From Aplysia californica (taxonomy: Eukaryota), in the NCBI RefSeq assembly GCF_000002075.1, contig NW_004797812.1, positions 231,835 to 295,834 on the forward strand: DNA of 64,000 nt, read 5' to 3'. Both the position numbers and the translations under genes were made by a program. The notes beneath the pieces are model-generated. The model worked only from the letters and a program-made list of their open reading frames with translations. It searched no databases and was not told the DNA's origin. How positions within the stretch are numbered: the first letter of the stretch is position 1; every line of letters starts with the position of its first letter. This document shows, piece by piece, positions 48,801 to 58,939 of the stretch.

Positions 48801-50850
48801 AACCAGAAGGTGCAAAAGAATACAGAAAGACGAATCTGCAAGTGAAAAGGGTTATGAGAGAAACTAGGGAGAAGCGGATTGAAGAACAATGTGAAGAAAT
48901 AGAACACAGCCTGAATTAAAACTACAGTAAAAAGGCTTACCAAATCTTCAAAGATCTCACAAGTACCAAACGAGGCCTGGAACTCAAAGACACACTCAGA
49001 AAAGCTGAAGACCGTAAGGAATGGAGGAAGCTGGTGGCCAAATCTTCAAAGCGCCCCGACGAACTTGCAGTCTACAGGATAGGTGAAGGTGACAAAGGGC
49101 TGGCCTAAAAAGATGTGGTAGCTACAGTTTTAGTTAGGCTGGGACAGAGTGGGCAGTCTAGTTATATTCCTGGTTAGATTCTGTTCGAGTGCATATTCAG
49201 TTGATCTAGTGGAATTGTTGGTGGAAGATAATAAATTGGTTGCTTTGTAAAAGATTCTCCTAGAAATATTTTGCTTAACTCTTGTTCTGTGTCGAATAGG
49301 TAATTTCAGGGTCTTGTATAAATCTATTGAGCCCTGACCCCTATCTGAGCCTACAGAATCTGTGCAGCTGAGCTCCTGCTAGATTAACCCTAGCATACCC
49401 TGCATTTGTTGTGCGGAAGGGTAAAGGGAGTTCATGTTGAGGCTTTCTCTAAGGTCTGTGAGAGGATTGATCCTGATGGCTACAGTGCTGAAAACTAAAG
49501 CTTGTGCAACGTTTGTTCCTGATTTTACAGAAATTGCGGCGTGCGGAGGATCAAAGTCACACCCTCCAGCCAAGACGAGCGTCGCAGTTGATCAATTCAG
49601 GGGAGCCCATCAACAAGATCAGTGAGTGCTGGCTGTGTATTGTGGTTCACTAGTACTTTTGTCCTTGGAAATAAGATGTGTACAACAGTGTGGATCAAGA
49701 CGATTGATGTAGTTTCATCCTTGTTTTATGTAGTTGGACGAAGAGTTGATCTTTTTGAAGGCTGTGGGGTGGTCACCAGGAGGTTAGGAATTAACTTTCC
49801 AAGAAAAACTGTTTTCTCCCAAGGAATAAGAGGAAAAAATGAAGTCTTAAAGGGTGGGGAAAAGAACAATTGTTTTCTATAGGTAAGGGGGGGGGGGAGA
49901 ATTTCAACTCTCAAAGGGAGGTTAAAAAAATACTCCCAAGAAAAAAAAAAAGAAGCCAATTCACATTGGGTTAAAAGAATTATTCCCTCAGGGGGAGAAA
50001 CAATTAACTTCTTGTATGCTCATAAAACAGCAGTAGGTGTGAGGATTGATTTACTAAAAAATCTGTTTAGTTTATGCTCCATGTACTGCCATACGACATC
50101 ATCTTTTGAAACTCTCAGCTTTGAAAAATAGAGATGTTGTGTTCTCCACCATTTTTCTGTGATGGTATTAAAACTGACACACAATGTGTGAATTTGGTAC
50201 TCAATGATACGCACCCAGAAATAGTGCATTCTCCATTTGCTCTACTTTTTTGCTGCAAAGTCAAGTTAGCATCTGAAGGAACATGTTTTTGTTACTTCTC
50301 ATTATCTTTTACGGCCAACTGTTGTTACATGGGAAGGACAGTGGGAAGAACCTGTTAGAAATAAAGCTCCAAAATATTCAGAGCAAGCTCTTTGACACTT
50401 TCTCCTGACAAACTTAATTATAGAAGGAAAACTTCTATCAAAAGTGTAAGAGATGAGGTTAATTTGCTTAAGCTGAACTGTTCATTCTCTTGTTATTCAG
50501 TTTCCCTTGTCCCTTTTAACTGTCCTTCTCACATAATGGAGTTTCCTGGAAGTATCATGTGCTACTTTTTATGCAGTTAGACATTTCTTCTTACCTATGA
50601 TGTCTCTACAGACATGCAGGAGATACGCGGCACCATCCGCCCGATGAGGCAAGCCAACTCTCCAGTCACCAATGGTTACCATGGCTATGAAGACGAGGAT
50701 GATATGATGAGCAAAGATCTTCGTGCAGCACAGGTACATGGGCAGATTCACAATGACGAGGTGGTGCGCAAACCGACACGGCTTGACGCTTTGCCCGCTG
50801 TCACCGGGAGAAAGTCAAGGAAGAAGAAAGGTGGACTTGATCCTTTATGA
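10471..50850 (+). CDS. KIF17: Kinesin-2 homodimeric motor KIF17/OSM-3 orthologue; 18 coding exons, ~896 aa
   Basis: N-terminal motor [14 protein letters not shown]-loop GQTGCGKS, switch I NADSSRSH, switch II DLAGSE, neck [21 protein letters not shown], tail block [19 protein letters not shown]...[14 protein letters not shown]...W, C-terminus RKPTRLDAL...[13 protein letters not shown]. All visible exon junctions are GT-AG and phase-compatible. Confidence 0.93.
11393..11508 (+). CDS. KIF17: KIF17 coding exon 2 ([21 protein letters not shown]..., P-loop)
   Basis: atgtag|GGT...CG|gtatgt, phase 0 to 2. Confidence 0.95.
12254..12423 (+). CDS. KIF17: KIF17 coding exon 3 (AFAHIFE...[14 protein letters not shown]...KGVYVS)
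   Basis: ctgcag|G...G|gtgagt, phase 2 to 1; missed by the ORF track. Confidence 0.95.
13820..14333 (+). mobile_element. I/Nimb-clade LINE 3' fragment (C-terminal CCHC region plus 3' UTR)
   Basis: NKLHNIKP...[16 protein letters not shown]...C...IRHILTEC...[14 protein letters not shown] (stop 14147-14149); tail gcgcttatatgaccttatgcagtt. Confidence 0.8.
14594..14827 (+). CDS. KIF17: KIF17 coding exon 4 (switch I and switch II)
   Basis: tttcag|GT...G|gtgact; [11 protein letters not shown] and [13 protein letters not shown]. Confidence 0.95.
15598..15737 (+). CDS. KIF17: KIF17 coding exon 5 ([26 protein letters not shown]...YRDSKLTR[LLQ]); 3' end lies in an N gap
   Basis: tcacag|GT; visible to 15727; end inferred from the conserved RLLQ|DSLGG. 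Confidence 0.85.
15963..16197 (+). CDS. KIF17: KIF17 coding exon 6 (DSLGGNTKT...neck coil)
   Basis: cttcag|GAC...G|gtaagt. Confidence 0.95.
16245..16424. mobile_element. Tc1/pogo (Tigger-like) MITE
   Basis: TA|cagtcaaacc...gtttcgactg|TA. Confidence 0.7.
17533..17645 (+). CDS. KIF17: KIF17 coding exon 7 ([38 protein letters not shown])
   Basis: tttcag|CT...GAA|gtaaac, phase 1 to 0, open frame. Confidence 0.85.
18287..19807 (+). mobile_element. MITE family A copy (~440 bp) carrying a nested insertion; other copies at 35023-35465(+), 35761-36192(-), 36191-36622(+), 41019-42492(+), ~43625-43837(-, partial)
   Basis: Shared imperfect TIR tatgtgtcac...tggaatcaggcgctcgtcaa / ttgacgagcgcctgatttcacc...cacata and a shared body. 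Confidence 0.8.
18424..19497. mobile_element. Non-autonomous hAT-like element with a 6-bp TSD, nested in MITE A
   Basis: TIR CAGTGCTTCCAC/GTGGAAGCACTG; TSD CAAGAT at 18418-18423 and 19498-19503. Confidence 0.8.
19918..20077 (+). CDS. KIF17: KIF17 coding exon 8 ([17 protein letters not shown]... coiled coil)
   Basis: tcacag|GAG...G|gtttgt, phase 0 to 1. Confidence 0.9.
22209..22253 (+). CDS. KIF17: KIF17 exon 9, 45-nt symmetric exon ([15 protein letters not shown])
   Basis: caatag|TG...G|gtgact, phase 1-1, purine-rich island in a T-rich intron. Confidence 0.7.
27372..27446 (+). CDS. KIF17: KIF17 exon 10, 75-nt symmetric exon ([25 protein letters not shown])
   Basis: ctttgtcctgacag|GT...CAG|gtaact, phase 1-1, open frame. 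Confidence 0.75.
27620..27915 (+). mobile_element. CORE-type tRNA SINE with L2-like tail
   Basis: B-box-like ggtttgaaccc, CORE-like tgtgtccttgggaaaggcacttta, tail gcttagag...tattattat. Confidence 0.7.
28819..28880 (+). CDS. KIF17: KIF17 exon 11 ([21 protein letters not shown])
   Basis: tccctcag|AC...AAG|gtttgt; supplies the phase 1 to 0 change needed to join exon 12. Confidence 0.8.
30020..30375 (+). mobile_element. Second copy of the same SINE (3' partial copy also at ~40120-40290)
   Basis: A-box tggcttagtgg, B-box gatttgaatcc, aligns by eye to 27620-27915. Confidence 0.7.
32794..34181 (+). mobile_element. Full-length mariner (DD34D) with a disrupted transposase (~32958-34081)
   Basis: TIR tacgagggctgtcccatggaaaaccgg, TA TSD; motifs [27 protein letters not shown]; in-frame stops and frameshifts. 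Confidence 0.93.
35023..36622. repeat. Cluster of three MITE A copies (+,-,+)
   Basis: Three aligned copies; the second and third are fused head-to-head at ~36190. Confidence 0.8.
37974..38033 (+). mobile_element. 60-bp 5'-truncated I/Nimb LINE tail insertion
   Basis: Tail stem-loop sequence flanked by an 11-bp TSD tgggaaaggga. Confidence 0.75.
38552..38751 (+). CDS. KIF17: KIF17 exon 12 (EIPGSDKR...Q-rich...KQKEALAR)
   Basis: ttttcctccag|GAA...AG|gtgaga, phase 0 to 2. Confidence 0.88.
38964..40064. mobile_element. Non-autonomous hAT-like element with a 6-bp TSD
   Basis: TIR CAGACCTGC(C/A)ACTC; TSD TGAGAA at 38958-38963 and 40065-40070; subterminal cccgatttt repeats. Confidence 0.8.
40324..40439 (+). 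CDS. KIF17: KIF17 exon 13 ([14 protein letters not shown]...)
   Basis: tcccag|A...A|gtaagt; contains the kinesin-2 VGGE hinge motif. Confidence 0.92.
40839..40945 (+). CDS. KIF17: KIF17 exon 14 ([36 protein letters not shown])
   Basis: gttcag|AG...CGG|gtgagt. Confidence 0.92.
41288..42317 (+). mobile_element. piggyBac-type MITE (family B), nested in MITE A
   Basis: TTAA|CTCATTCGCTACG...CGTAGCGAATGAG|TTAA. Confidence 0.85.
42549..43592 (-). mobile_element. Second family B copy, inverted
   Basis: TTAA|CTCATTCGCTA...TAGCGAATGGG|TTAA; reverse complement of 41288-42317. Confidence 0.85.
44150..44287 (+). repeat. 48-bp tandem repeat spanning the exon 15 acceptor
   Basis: gtgtatagattgaaagt(ct/ac)tgagc at 48-nt period (AG ends at 44175, 44223, 44271). 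Confidence 0.92.
44272..44533 (+). CDS. KIF17: KIF17 exon 15 ([24 protein letters not shown]...LPVT)
   Basis: gtatag|ATT...G|gtcagt; conserved KIF17 tail block. Confidence 0.9.
44603..44757. mobile_element. Degenerate Tigger-like MITE
   Basis: cagtggaatccgtttaaactga / tcagtttaagcagaccccacta imperfect inverted ends. Confidence 0.5.
45298..45395 (+). CDS. KIF17: KIF17 exon 16 ([15 protein letters not shown]...DERLRE)
   Basis: ccttag|GA...GAG|gtcagt, phase 1 to 0. Confidence 0.85.
45920..49091 (+). mobile_element. RTE-clade LINE with both ends and TSD but RT deleted, interrupted by a DNA transposon
   Basis: [29 protein letters not shown]; C-terminal [11 protein letters not shown]; aggtga-repeat tail; TSD acaaagg(a/g)ctgg at 45908-45919 and 49092-49103. 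Confidence 0.85.
46687..48055. mobile_element. Non-autonomous hAT-like element with a 5-bp TSD, inserted in the RTE endonuclease region
   Basis: TIR CATGGGTCTCAA; TSD GCTTG at 46682-46686 and 48056-48060; removal restores LIAIRL-KASPFN. Confidence 0.85.
49531..49621 (+). CDS. KIF17: KIF17 exon 17 ([30 protein letters not shown])
   Basis: ttacag|AAA...A|gtgagt, phase 0 to 1. Confidence 0.85.
50612..50850 (+). CDS. KIF17: KIF17 last coding exon (...RKPTRLDAL...[13 protein letters not shown])
   Basis: ctacag|AC ATG..., TGA at 50848-50850. Confidence 0.92.
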
Positions 50851-53800
50851 AGTGGATGTGAGATCACAACTGATTTCGAAGATCTTTTGAGAGTTGAAAT
50901 TATGTGCTTACAACCTGGGTGGGGGGGGGGGGGATTTCAATGCTTCAAAATTTGTTAATATGAGTCTTGGGCTGCTGAAACTGTAAATTGTCCAAGATGA
51001 AGGGAGGACGGGGGTCCTGACAGGATCAAAACTATGTCAGTGATCTTGAGGCTGTAATTGTACAATCCTCTCATGCTGTTTTTTTTGTTTTACTTCTGGA
51101 GAGCAGCGGAAATGAAGCTCAATTTGCTGAAAGTAAAAACTTTTTTGTTTCTATGAAAGTCGAGTTTTGAAAGCTCTTTGGGATTTAGTGTGATACAACT
51201 ATATTCAGAAGGGAGACTGGGTATAATTTCAATAAATGGAAAGGTGGATAGAATTTTCAAGCAGCACTGTAATTTGGACTTTCAGGGAAAAGATTGTAGG
51301 TTCTGTCCGAGTGACTTCAGCCTTGTTTTGAGGGGTTGCAAGGTGTCTCTTCACCAAATTGTGGCACATGGCAGAATTGCATGTTTTCACTAGCACTTAT
51401 ATTTTTAGGAATTGCTTTGTGAATGTTGCTTTCTCCATACTGTCATTCTAGCGATTTGGAACCCTGTTATATTGCACCCATATATAACACACACCTGGAC
51501 ATAATACACTTGGATCCTTTCTTTTAGATGTTTGTTTGAAAAATACAGCTAAAATGTTTTTGTACTTTCCCTTTTTCAGTAACATAACAATCTGTGTGAA
51601 GAACCAAACTAGATATACTAAAGTGATTAAGTGGCTTCAGGGTAGGTAAGCAATACCAGATGCAGATCAATTAAAGTGAAAAAGTAGGTGTTTTAAGACT
51701 TTATTTCCCTTCTCTTTGCTCCCTGAATACAGATTTGTTTATAATCCTAAGTGTAACACGTCACATTTTTCAGTAAATCATTTATCGAAATTGAAACAGG
51801 GTTCCTCGTGTTTTAATCTGAATTTTGAGTGTCTCATGAGTGCTATGCCAATGCTGTGACACCCTCGTCAGGGTCTTTTTGTAAAGTACCAGAGCTTTAA
51901 ATCATTGTCAGGAAATCATTTTCAAAATGTGTTAATAGTTTTGCCATCTGTCCACTCTTTGATTTACTTATCAGCCGTACCTTTTCAAATTTCTTCATGG
52001 TAGAACATTTAGTTTCATCTTTAAGAATTTGTGTTGGAAACATGTTGCATGTTCTGCATTCCATGCATTCTGATCTTATTTACTTTCTTTATGCTATTTT
52101 TTGTTTAGCCCTCGCTTACTCAAAGTCAGACTGATCTTGTGATGTTTGAAAACTGCTTTGTTTAGTGGTGTATTTTGTTGGTTCATAACTTCACTTGTGG
52201 GGCATGATGTGCCGTTGACAGTTTTATGCTGAAGGTATTGCTCAGTATATTGACAAATGTTATATGCTTTATCCTTCTATAATTCCGTGTGTTTAAGCTG
52301 CCACTCATTGCAGAGCATCAGTAGATGACTTTTTTAAGGTTTCATTTTGCTTTTAATAATTTTTATTTAAAATTTTGAAAATGAAGTTGAGATAAAATTG
52401 CTAGCAATTTTGTTTTAAGCGTTAGAAACCCAACCCAACTGTCAACTGTTTGTACTTGCTTATCAATTTCAATTCAGATAAAGTCAAGCTTTCATTTTAC
52501 CATATTTGAAAATTTAAGAGAATTTATAAAACTGGTCGATTCCCTTGTGAAAGAATTTTATGGTCATTTTAAGTGTTGCGGTTGCTTATTATGAACATCT
52601 CAAGTCTTTCGGCAATTTTTTAAATCAGGGAATAGTGTTCATTGATATTGCTGACTCACTTGAATATTCGTGTTTGTAAGCACTCCTGTCGTCAAGGGTT
52701 CTCATTTTTACAGCTCTGAATGTCTCACAATCTTCAAGTCTCTCGTGTCTCATCTTTTACATTTTAAATGCTTATAAAGCATTTTTTTTATTCATTTCGC
52801 TTGTGATTCATCACTGTTTGTTCTTGTTTTTTAAAAATTTATTATCATAAAAGTTTCTTTTTATTATGGTTTCTTTTGATACTTTTAGTCAAATATGTAT
52901 TTTAAAGAAACTTTGTGCAAATAATCTTGTGCAAATGTTTTATTTGTGTCCCATGGTGCATAAGAGCATATCTCTACATCATTCTTCATGTGGTGGTACC
53001 ATGTCAGGCATAAAGTTTATACCTGTAAGTGCAGCTCTCAAATGAGAGATAAATTCACACACTCTCTATTTCTTATTCATGTCTTTTGTTTGTGGAGTTT
53101 TATGGGGGATTTTTTGGCTTTATCTATTTCCTGTACTGTTAATTTATCTTTTAAGTTACAGCATTTTCTTTTTTTGGCTAAACCATCAAAGTGGTGGGAG
53201 GATATGAGAGGGGGCACATAAGGAGAACACAAGAATTATTGAAAAAGAATGCTGTATTGACTTCAGATTTTTCTTACTCAGATGTAAGCGTACTGACCAG
53301 TACCTTTACCTTTCTTTCAAACTGAAAATTTGTGAGTGGAAGAAGTTGTAGATGTTTATGCAAAGATATTGTCTTTGCAAGTTAAAAGTAATCTTTGTTG
53401 TGGTTATGATGATGCATCCAACTGAATTCACAATGAGATTGTTTAAAATCCTTTACTCTTTGCAGTTCTTTCATTTCAATAGTCTGTGGTGGTCATTTAT
53501 ACGAAATCATAACTTTAGAATTTATAAGTATACATTGTAGATCTGAGCTCTAAAGTTGTAGATGTTGAAGAGGTGTCTTAAAAAGACAATAGAATGTTTC
53601 CTAATGTGACTTGTGTGGTCTGCATGTGGAGAGATAATATTTATTGTACTCGCGTGTAAATAGTATCAAGCAATAGTGTTATTGTTGGGGTGCAATACAA
53701 GCTGCTTCTTTATGTGGAGCACTCTGGTGTGATAACTTGGAGACAGTATTATGCGTTGTGTAGACTGGCTTTATAACAGTAAGGTTATATTGAAAGTTAT

Positions 53801-56800
53801 TGTTTGCTTGCCACACACTCATCACCTCAGAAAGACCTCATTTAACATTTTTGTAGGTAGGCCCTTTGTTTTCAATCATCAATTGGTTATAACAACGTTT
53901 AGAACAGGAGTGGGCAAACTTTTCGGATAGGGGGCCAATTTGACACCCAGGCTGCTCTGTGTGAGAATTGTTCCTGATCCCTGATGTGTTTGTATCTGTT
54001 TTGGTCTCTCTCACAGGGATCTGTGTTCTTAAATAGGGTGGAGGTGATGGTGTGTATGCTTGTTGGTGGACTTTTTTTCGTTTACACTTGTGTCTGGAAA
54101 TATTTCTGCTCTCAAAGACTGTACATTCTAAGACAGGTCCCTTTTGTTGTTTTCTACCTATTGACAGTTTGTGCAAACCAATAGTAGTATCTTTTAAGTC
54201 TATCAAATGATGCTGTTGGAAACTGCATCCCCATAGCTTCTCAGTCATCCCCATGCTTAGAAATTGCCTGTAATTACTCTGAAAGGAGCTTTAAACTTTT
54301 ATGGCTGGATACACATATACAAATGTGCCAGGTGCAGAATGTAAAATAACCCTAAAGCCAACTATATTTAACAAATAAAGTATCTACAGACAGATGCACT
54401 GACAGATTTTCAGGTCCCGAATTTTCTCATAAGTATATTCTTTGCATTTGAAACTTGTACATAGAAAAATTTGTTAATACTAAAAATATTTCCAGCTATT
54501 TTGCTATTTGTGTGCTAAACTGCATGTTTACTGCAATATCATGGGGCCATCACATAATGACAAAGAGGTGAACCTCTGTACTTCTGATCAGCTCTTGATA
54601 GCAGAGACATGATTGAGTTCAGATTAACAGCATTCCTCCGCTGATGTTTGTATGTATAGTATAAGGTTTTACGGCCCTCGCAACTGCTAAGGTCATATGA
54701 GCGCGCGAAACACAAGTTGTTCACCTTTGCAAAAGTTCACTTCACGACTGGTTAACTAATTTACTTTAAAATGCTAATAAGTTAAAATATTTAAATTCGA
54801 TGTAAATAAATTTCCGCTGATGTTTATTTACTCTTGTCCTCACAATGAAACCTGAGTAGCCTGTCATAGAAAGTACAGTGTTTATTGCTCTTTGTGTGTC
54901 TTTTAAGATTTGAGTTTGATATATGAATAATAAATAATTCTAAGGGATCTGTACTGGTATAAAAATCTGGTGGTTGGTTTGCGTGATACTGATTCTACTA
55001 TTGTGATAATAGCTCTGCTGATGTTATGTTAATACCCGCCATTCCTTAATGATCCGTCCACTTGTGTCCAAGTTTTTAGAATTTTGTGTATTTTTTTTAC
55101 TTCAGTTGTACTTTTAGCATTTTTATAGGTGCAAGAGTCAGGCTTCTGATGTGGGTACCCTTTTGTACTTGGTAATCTGATGATTATAATTGCTGTCATG
55201 AGTTAAAAGTATAGTATTGAAACAATGAAGTCGGGCTGTGATTTGAGGTACACTGGTGTCATTTGTCTTGTTATTTCTTTGGATGTGCTGATTGAGATTC
55301 GATTTAAAGGGCACTTTTCATCACCCCAAATGATTTTGCTTCTGAGGTTGCACAAGTTTCTAGGCTTTCAAGCTTGTCAAGATGTACATGATACGCCTTA
55401 TCATTCCCTCGTTAGTCTGCTCATAACAAATCATGACGTACGGTGCACTTTTAAATGATCTTAAAGAGGTAGGTTTTGTCACTATCCCAGGCATGCGCCA
55501 TTTTAATCAAATTTTTAGTTTGATTTTGAACCTTTTCTATGAGTTTTGTGGAGTTGGGTTTTTTTTTCTTGGTGAGTGACATTTCCTCCACAACTTCACA
55601 CGGGGCACGAATCACTCAGTTTCGTGAACTTATATTGTTTACCAATGATGAGCACTGTGAGATTTTTTTTCAAATGAGTTTAGGATTATTTCATCAAAAG
55701 GGTAAAAAGAAAGAACATGTTGTTCTGTTCCTTCAGAATATCAATTAAATCATAATTCAAATGTATGAATCAATAATCACGATGTGAACCCTTGTACGAT
55801 TTTGCCAGTATTCATGAATAATATGCATGTTTCTATCGTGACTGGTACATGTGAAGTTGTTTTAACAATGTTTTCGCCATTTGGTTTCCGGTTGTGATTC
55901 TTCAGCGTCTTTCACTGTTGTCTGCCTGCTTGTTCACGTGTCTCAGACTGTGTCATAGATTCTTTGTGTCTTTATGTCTATTCTCAGACTTCGTTACTCA
56001 GGAGGCCATGGTTTGTTAATAGTTCATCGTGGTAAACGACCTGTACATGTAGTTCAGTTAGGCACATATGTGAGCCGTGCTGGCAAAATGAGTTACTTCT
56101 TGGATTTTAACTCAAATAGATATGTCAAAACTTATAGGTGGAGTTTGTACCTTGTAAGTATAAAAGACAAGTTATTCTTAAAGAATACGGCATCTATTGA
56201 AAATCTATAAGTTTGACCCCAGTGTCGATTTTTGGTCAATATCTCATTTTGTGGATTGCAAGGAGTATTTCATTTTGTCAGTAGCCTCACATATATTGGG
56301 TTCTTTTCTCCACGCTTCAAATTTCTTTGCAGTCAGTGATGAATTACGTTATATTGATTGTTATATTAGTATTAACGAGCAGGAATATGTTTCTTCACTT
56401 CCTCATCCGTTCATTCACTTATCATACCCTTATGTAAAATGGGCAACTTTCTAAATCCTGAACAGGTATTGAAAGTCTGATTGTCAAGTGTTCTTTTGCT
56501 GCTTGGTGAATTGTGGAAGTCAAAGTACCTTGTCCCACCTCCTTACCAACTCAGCTTGGAATAGAACTGTTGACTTTTCAATGCCTTAGTGAACCACTAG
56601 AAAAGGGTGCCCTACATATTTTTAATGATAAAATACATTGGATATTTTCTTTAATCTACTGAACTGCTCCTAATTTTTTGTGACTTATTCTCAAAACTCA
56701 GATTACAGCATTTTATTCAATACTTTATTATTTTATCCGCGACACTTGTCATTTTAAAGGAATGGGTAGCGTGATGTGACTTTTTATTAATGGTTACTGT

Positions 56801-57190
56801 ATTTCTGGTGTTCTTTTTTCGTTTGTCTCAACTTCAAGAAACATGACTCAAATATCCGTCCGTACATGGTTACAGAGAAATGAGCCTTCAATCAATGTTC
56901 AAAGCTTAAGAACAGGTTTTGTGACAGAATGAAGCTCTCGTTTTGCAATGTTTGACCAAGTCTTGTTATGGACACCGCTCTTTTTCATCCCTTACACTAC
57001 ATTTCTGATCTTGCTACCCAGATCTTTTTTTTTTGGATCCCCATTGTTCCTTCAAAACATTCCAGTCACAGATCAATAACTTTGTGTATCTCTTCAACAC
57101 ACTGTAGATCACTGGAGACTTCAAACATGTGATATTTTCACCTCATACCGACACCCACTGGTCAATAAAATTGTTTTCTACACTGCAAGT
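50851..57190 (+). other. Probable long KIF17 3' UTR (~6.3 kb)
   Basis: T/G-rich + strand skew and few TEs, continuing to AATAAA 57164-57169 followed by a GT-rich tract. Confidence 0.55.
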
Positions 57191-57200
57191 TGTGTTTCTT
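57164..57200 (+). terminator. Distal polyadenylation signal of KIF17
   Basis: AATAAA 57164-57169, downstream gttgtgtttctt; strand skew changes after it. Confidence 0.55.
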
Positions 57201-57552
57201 ATTCCAGCAACAATAGAATATAAATAATATATGTTTGTGGAGTCATTAAGTGTTTTTAGTTTTAGCAAAGAGTTTTAGGGCACTCGTAACACAAATAAGT
57301 CATAGAAGTGTCCAAGATACTACTCGATATTACTAGAGAGTGACACACAAAGAAAAGGAGAAAAGATGAGGATGATAAAGGTTTGATAGGAAGGAAGAAG
57401 CAAACCAAAGCAGAGCACCCGCCAACCATCAACTCAGTAGGGTCTTTGTGAAAACCATCAACTCAGTGGAGCCTTTGTGAAAATGAGAAAACCTTTCCTA
57501 GAAACCAATCGGAGCTCTGTCTTATGAATTGAGAGAAAATATTCCATGATGC

Positions 57553-58646
57553 AAGAGGTGTGCGAGACAATAATTTCAAGACTTGAATCCGGACCGGAGT
57601 CTCTGCTGTGGACTTGAGTAATTACTCGAGTCCTACGCTCTTAAGACTCCAGTAATTACTCAAGTAATAGTATCCCGAAAGGGACTTTTAGAGGATTATA
57701 AAAGTTTTGCTGAATATCGGACAGAAAATACAGTGACTTCCTAGGAGGGCGCTTGAGTAGGCTTATGGCAGTTCTAGACATCTGCATGCTGTTTATACCG
57801 TATTTTATTTCATTTTATCTTGTGAAGTGGCTCTGGGTGAAAATAAAAATACGATCAACCTCTCACCCCGGATGAGACTTGCCAGCGTTGGCTTTTCTCT
57901 CCCTGTATGAAAGAAGACCTGTTTTTCCTAATTTCTGAATAGGGCCTACTACTGTCTATCGGTGTGGATGATCAAATTTACAAAAACATAGAAGAAGAAA
58001 AATGATGTTTTAACACAAAAGCAAACTAATTTGGCTGTCTACAAAGATGCTACGGCTATTTCACTGTTCGAATCAAGCCGAACAGTACCGGTCGCCATTT
58101 TGTTTTGCCCCGAAGTACTCGTTAGATCTAGGCTACTCCTCTCCCTCTCTGTCTCTCTCCCCCCACTCCCACTCTCTCTCTCTCTCTCAATGCCCGCAGA
58201 CAAAATTGCACACTTTCAACACAAAAGCGCTGGATTGTTTGTTTACCCCACAGAATTCAATAAAAAGGGTAGATCTAGAATTCTTTGGTTTACACAGAGT
58301 ATCACAGTAAACGCACAACGGGTGAGAATAGCCAAAAGGCTCGCCCTCTCATCCCGGGTGAGAAGCCTAAAACTGTGCTATTCTCTTCCGCGTCTTTACT
58401 GGGGGGGGGGGGTTCTTGTCTTTTTTTTCAATTAAAAAAAATTGCTTATTAGAATTTTTTCTTTTAACAAATATTAATTTTTTTTAAAGCAAATTTCTTT
58501 CCTTTTTTTTTTTTCTACGGTAGAGTCTGGGCTCGGACATTTGAACTCCAGTCCTTAATCGAGTAACTTACTTGTGACTCAAGTATGGACTCGCTGCGTG
58601 TATTACTTGAGTACTCCAGTCTGGACTCGTTACTCACACACCTCTA
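57553..58646. mobile_element. Non-autonomous hAT (Ac-like) element between the convergent 3' ends
   Basis: TIR (t/a)agaggtgtg(c/t)gag; 8-bp TSD ca(t/g)gatgc; subterminal gagtaa/tactc repeats. Confidence 0.7.
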
Positions 58647-58939
58647 CAGGATGCACAAGAAAAGTGAGTCTGTGCAAGGAGAGACGAAAAACCAGATACA
58701 GTCGAAGTCAAGCACACACTTAGCAAAATTGGCGGGATGCTGAAATTTTTCATTATGTACGAATTTTGCTAGGTATGTATGTGTTTGAAATACAGAGAAT
58801 ATACATGTCTAAGAAACAAATTCAGGACCTGAATATTTGTATGCCATGTGCCTATCTCCCTGTAGTCGTTTTCATTATGTGCATGCTAGCCTGTATCTAC
58901 TTTGAGTAAAAACAGACCAAAAGCTAAAAAGAAGGCAGA

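Noticed and set aside
32537-57482. Short tandem duplications at 32537-32591 and 57424-57482, and (TG)n/(TA)n tracts
   Set aside because: Ordinary slippage products; not CRISPR-like (no spacers, eukaryotic context)
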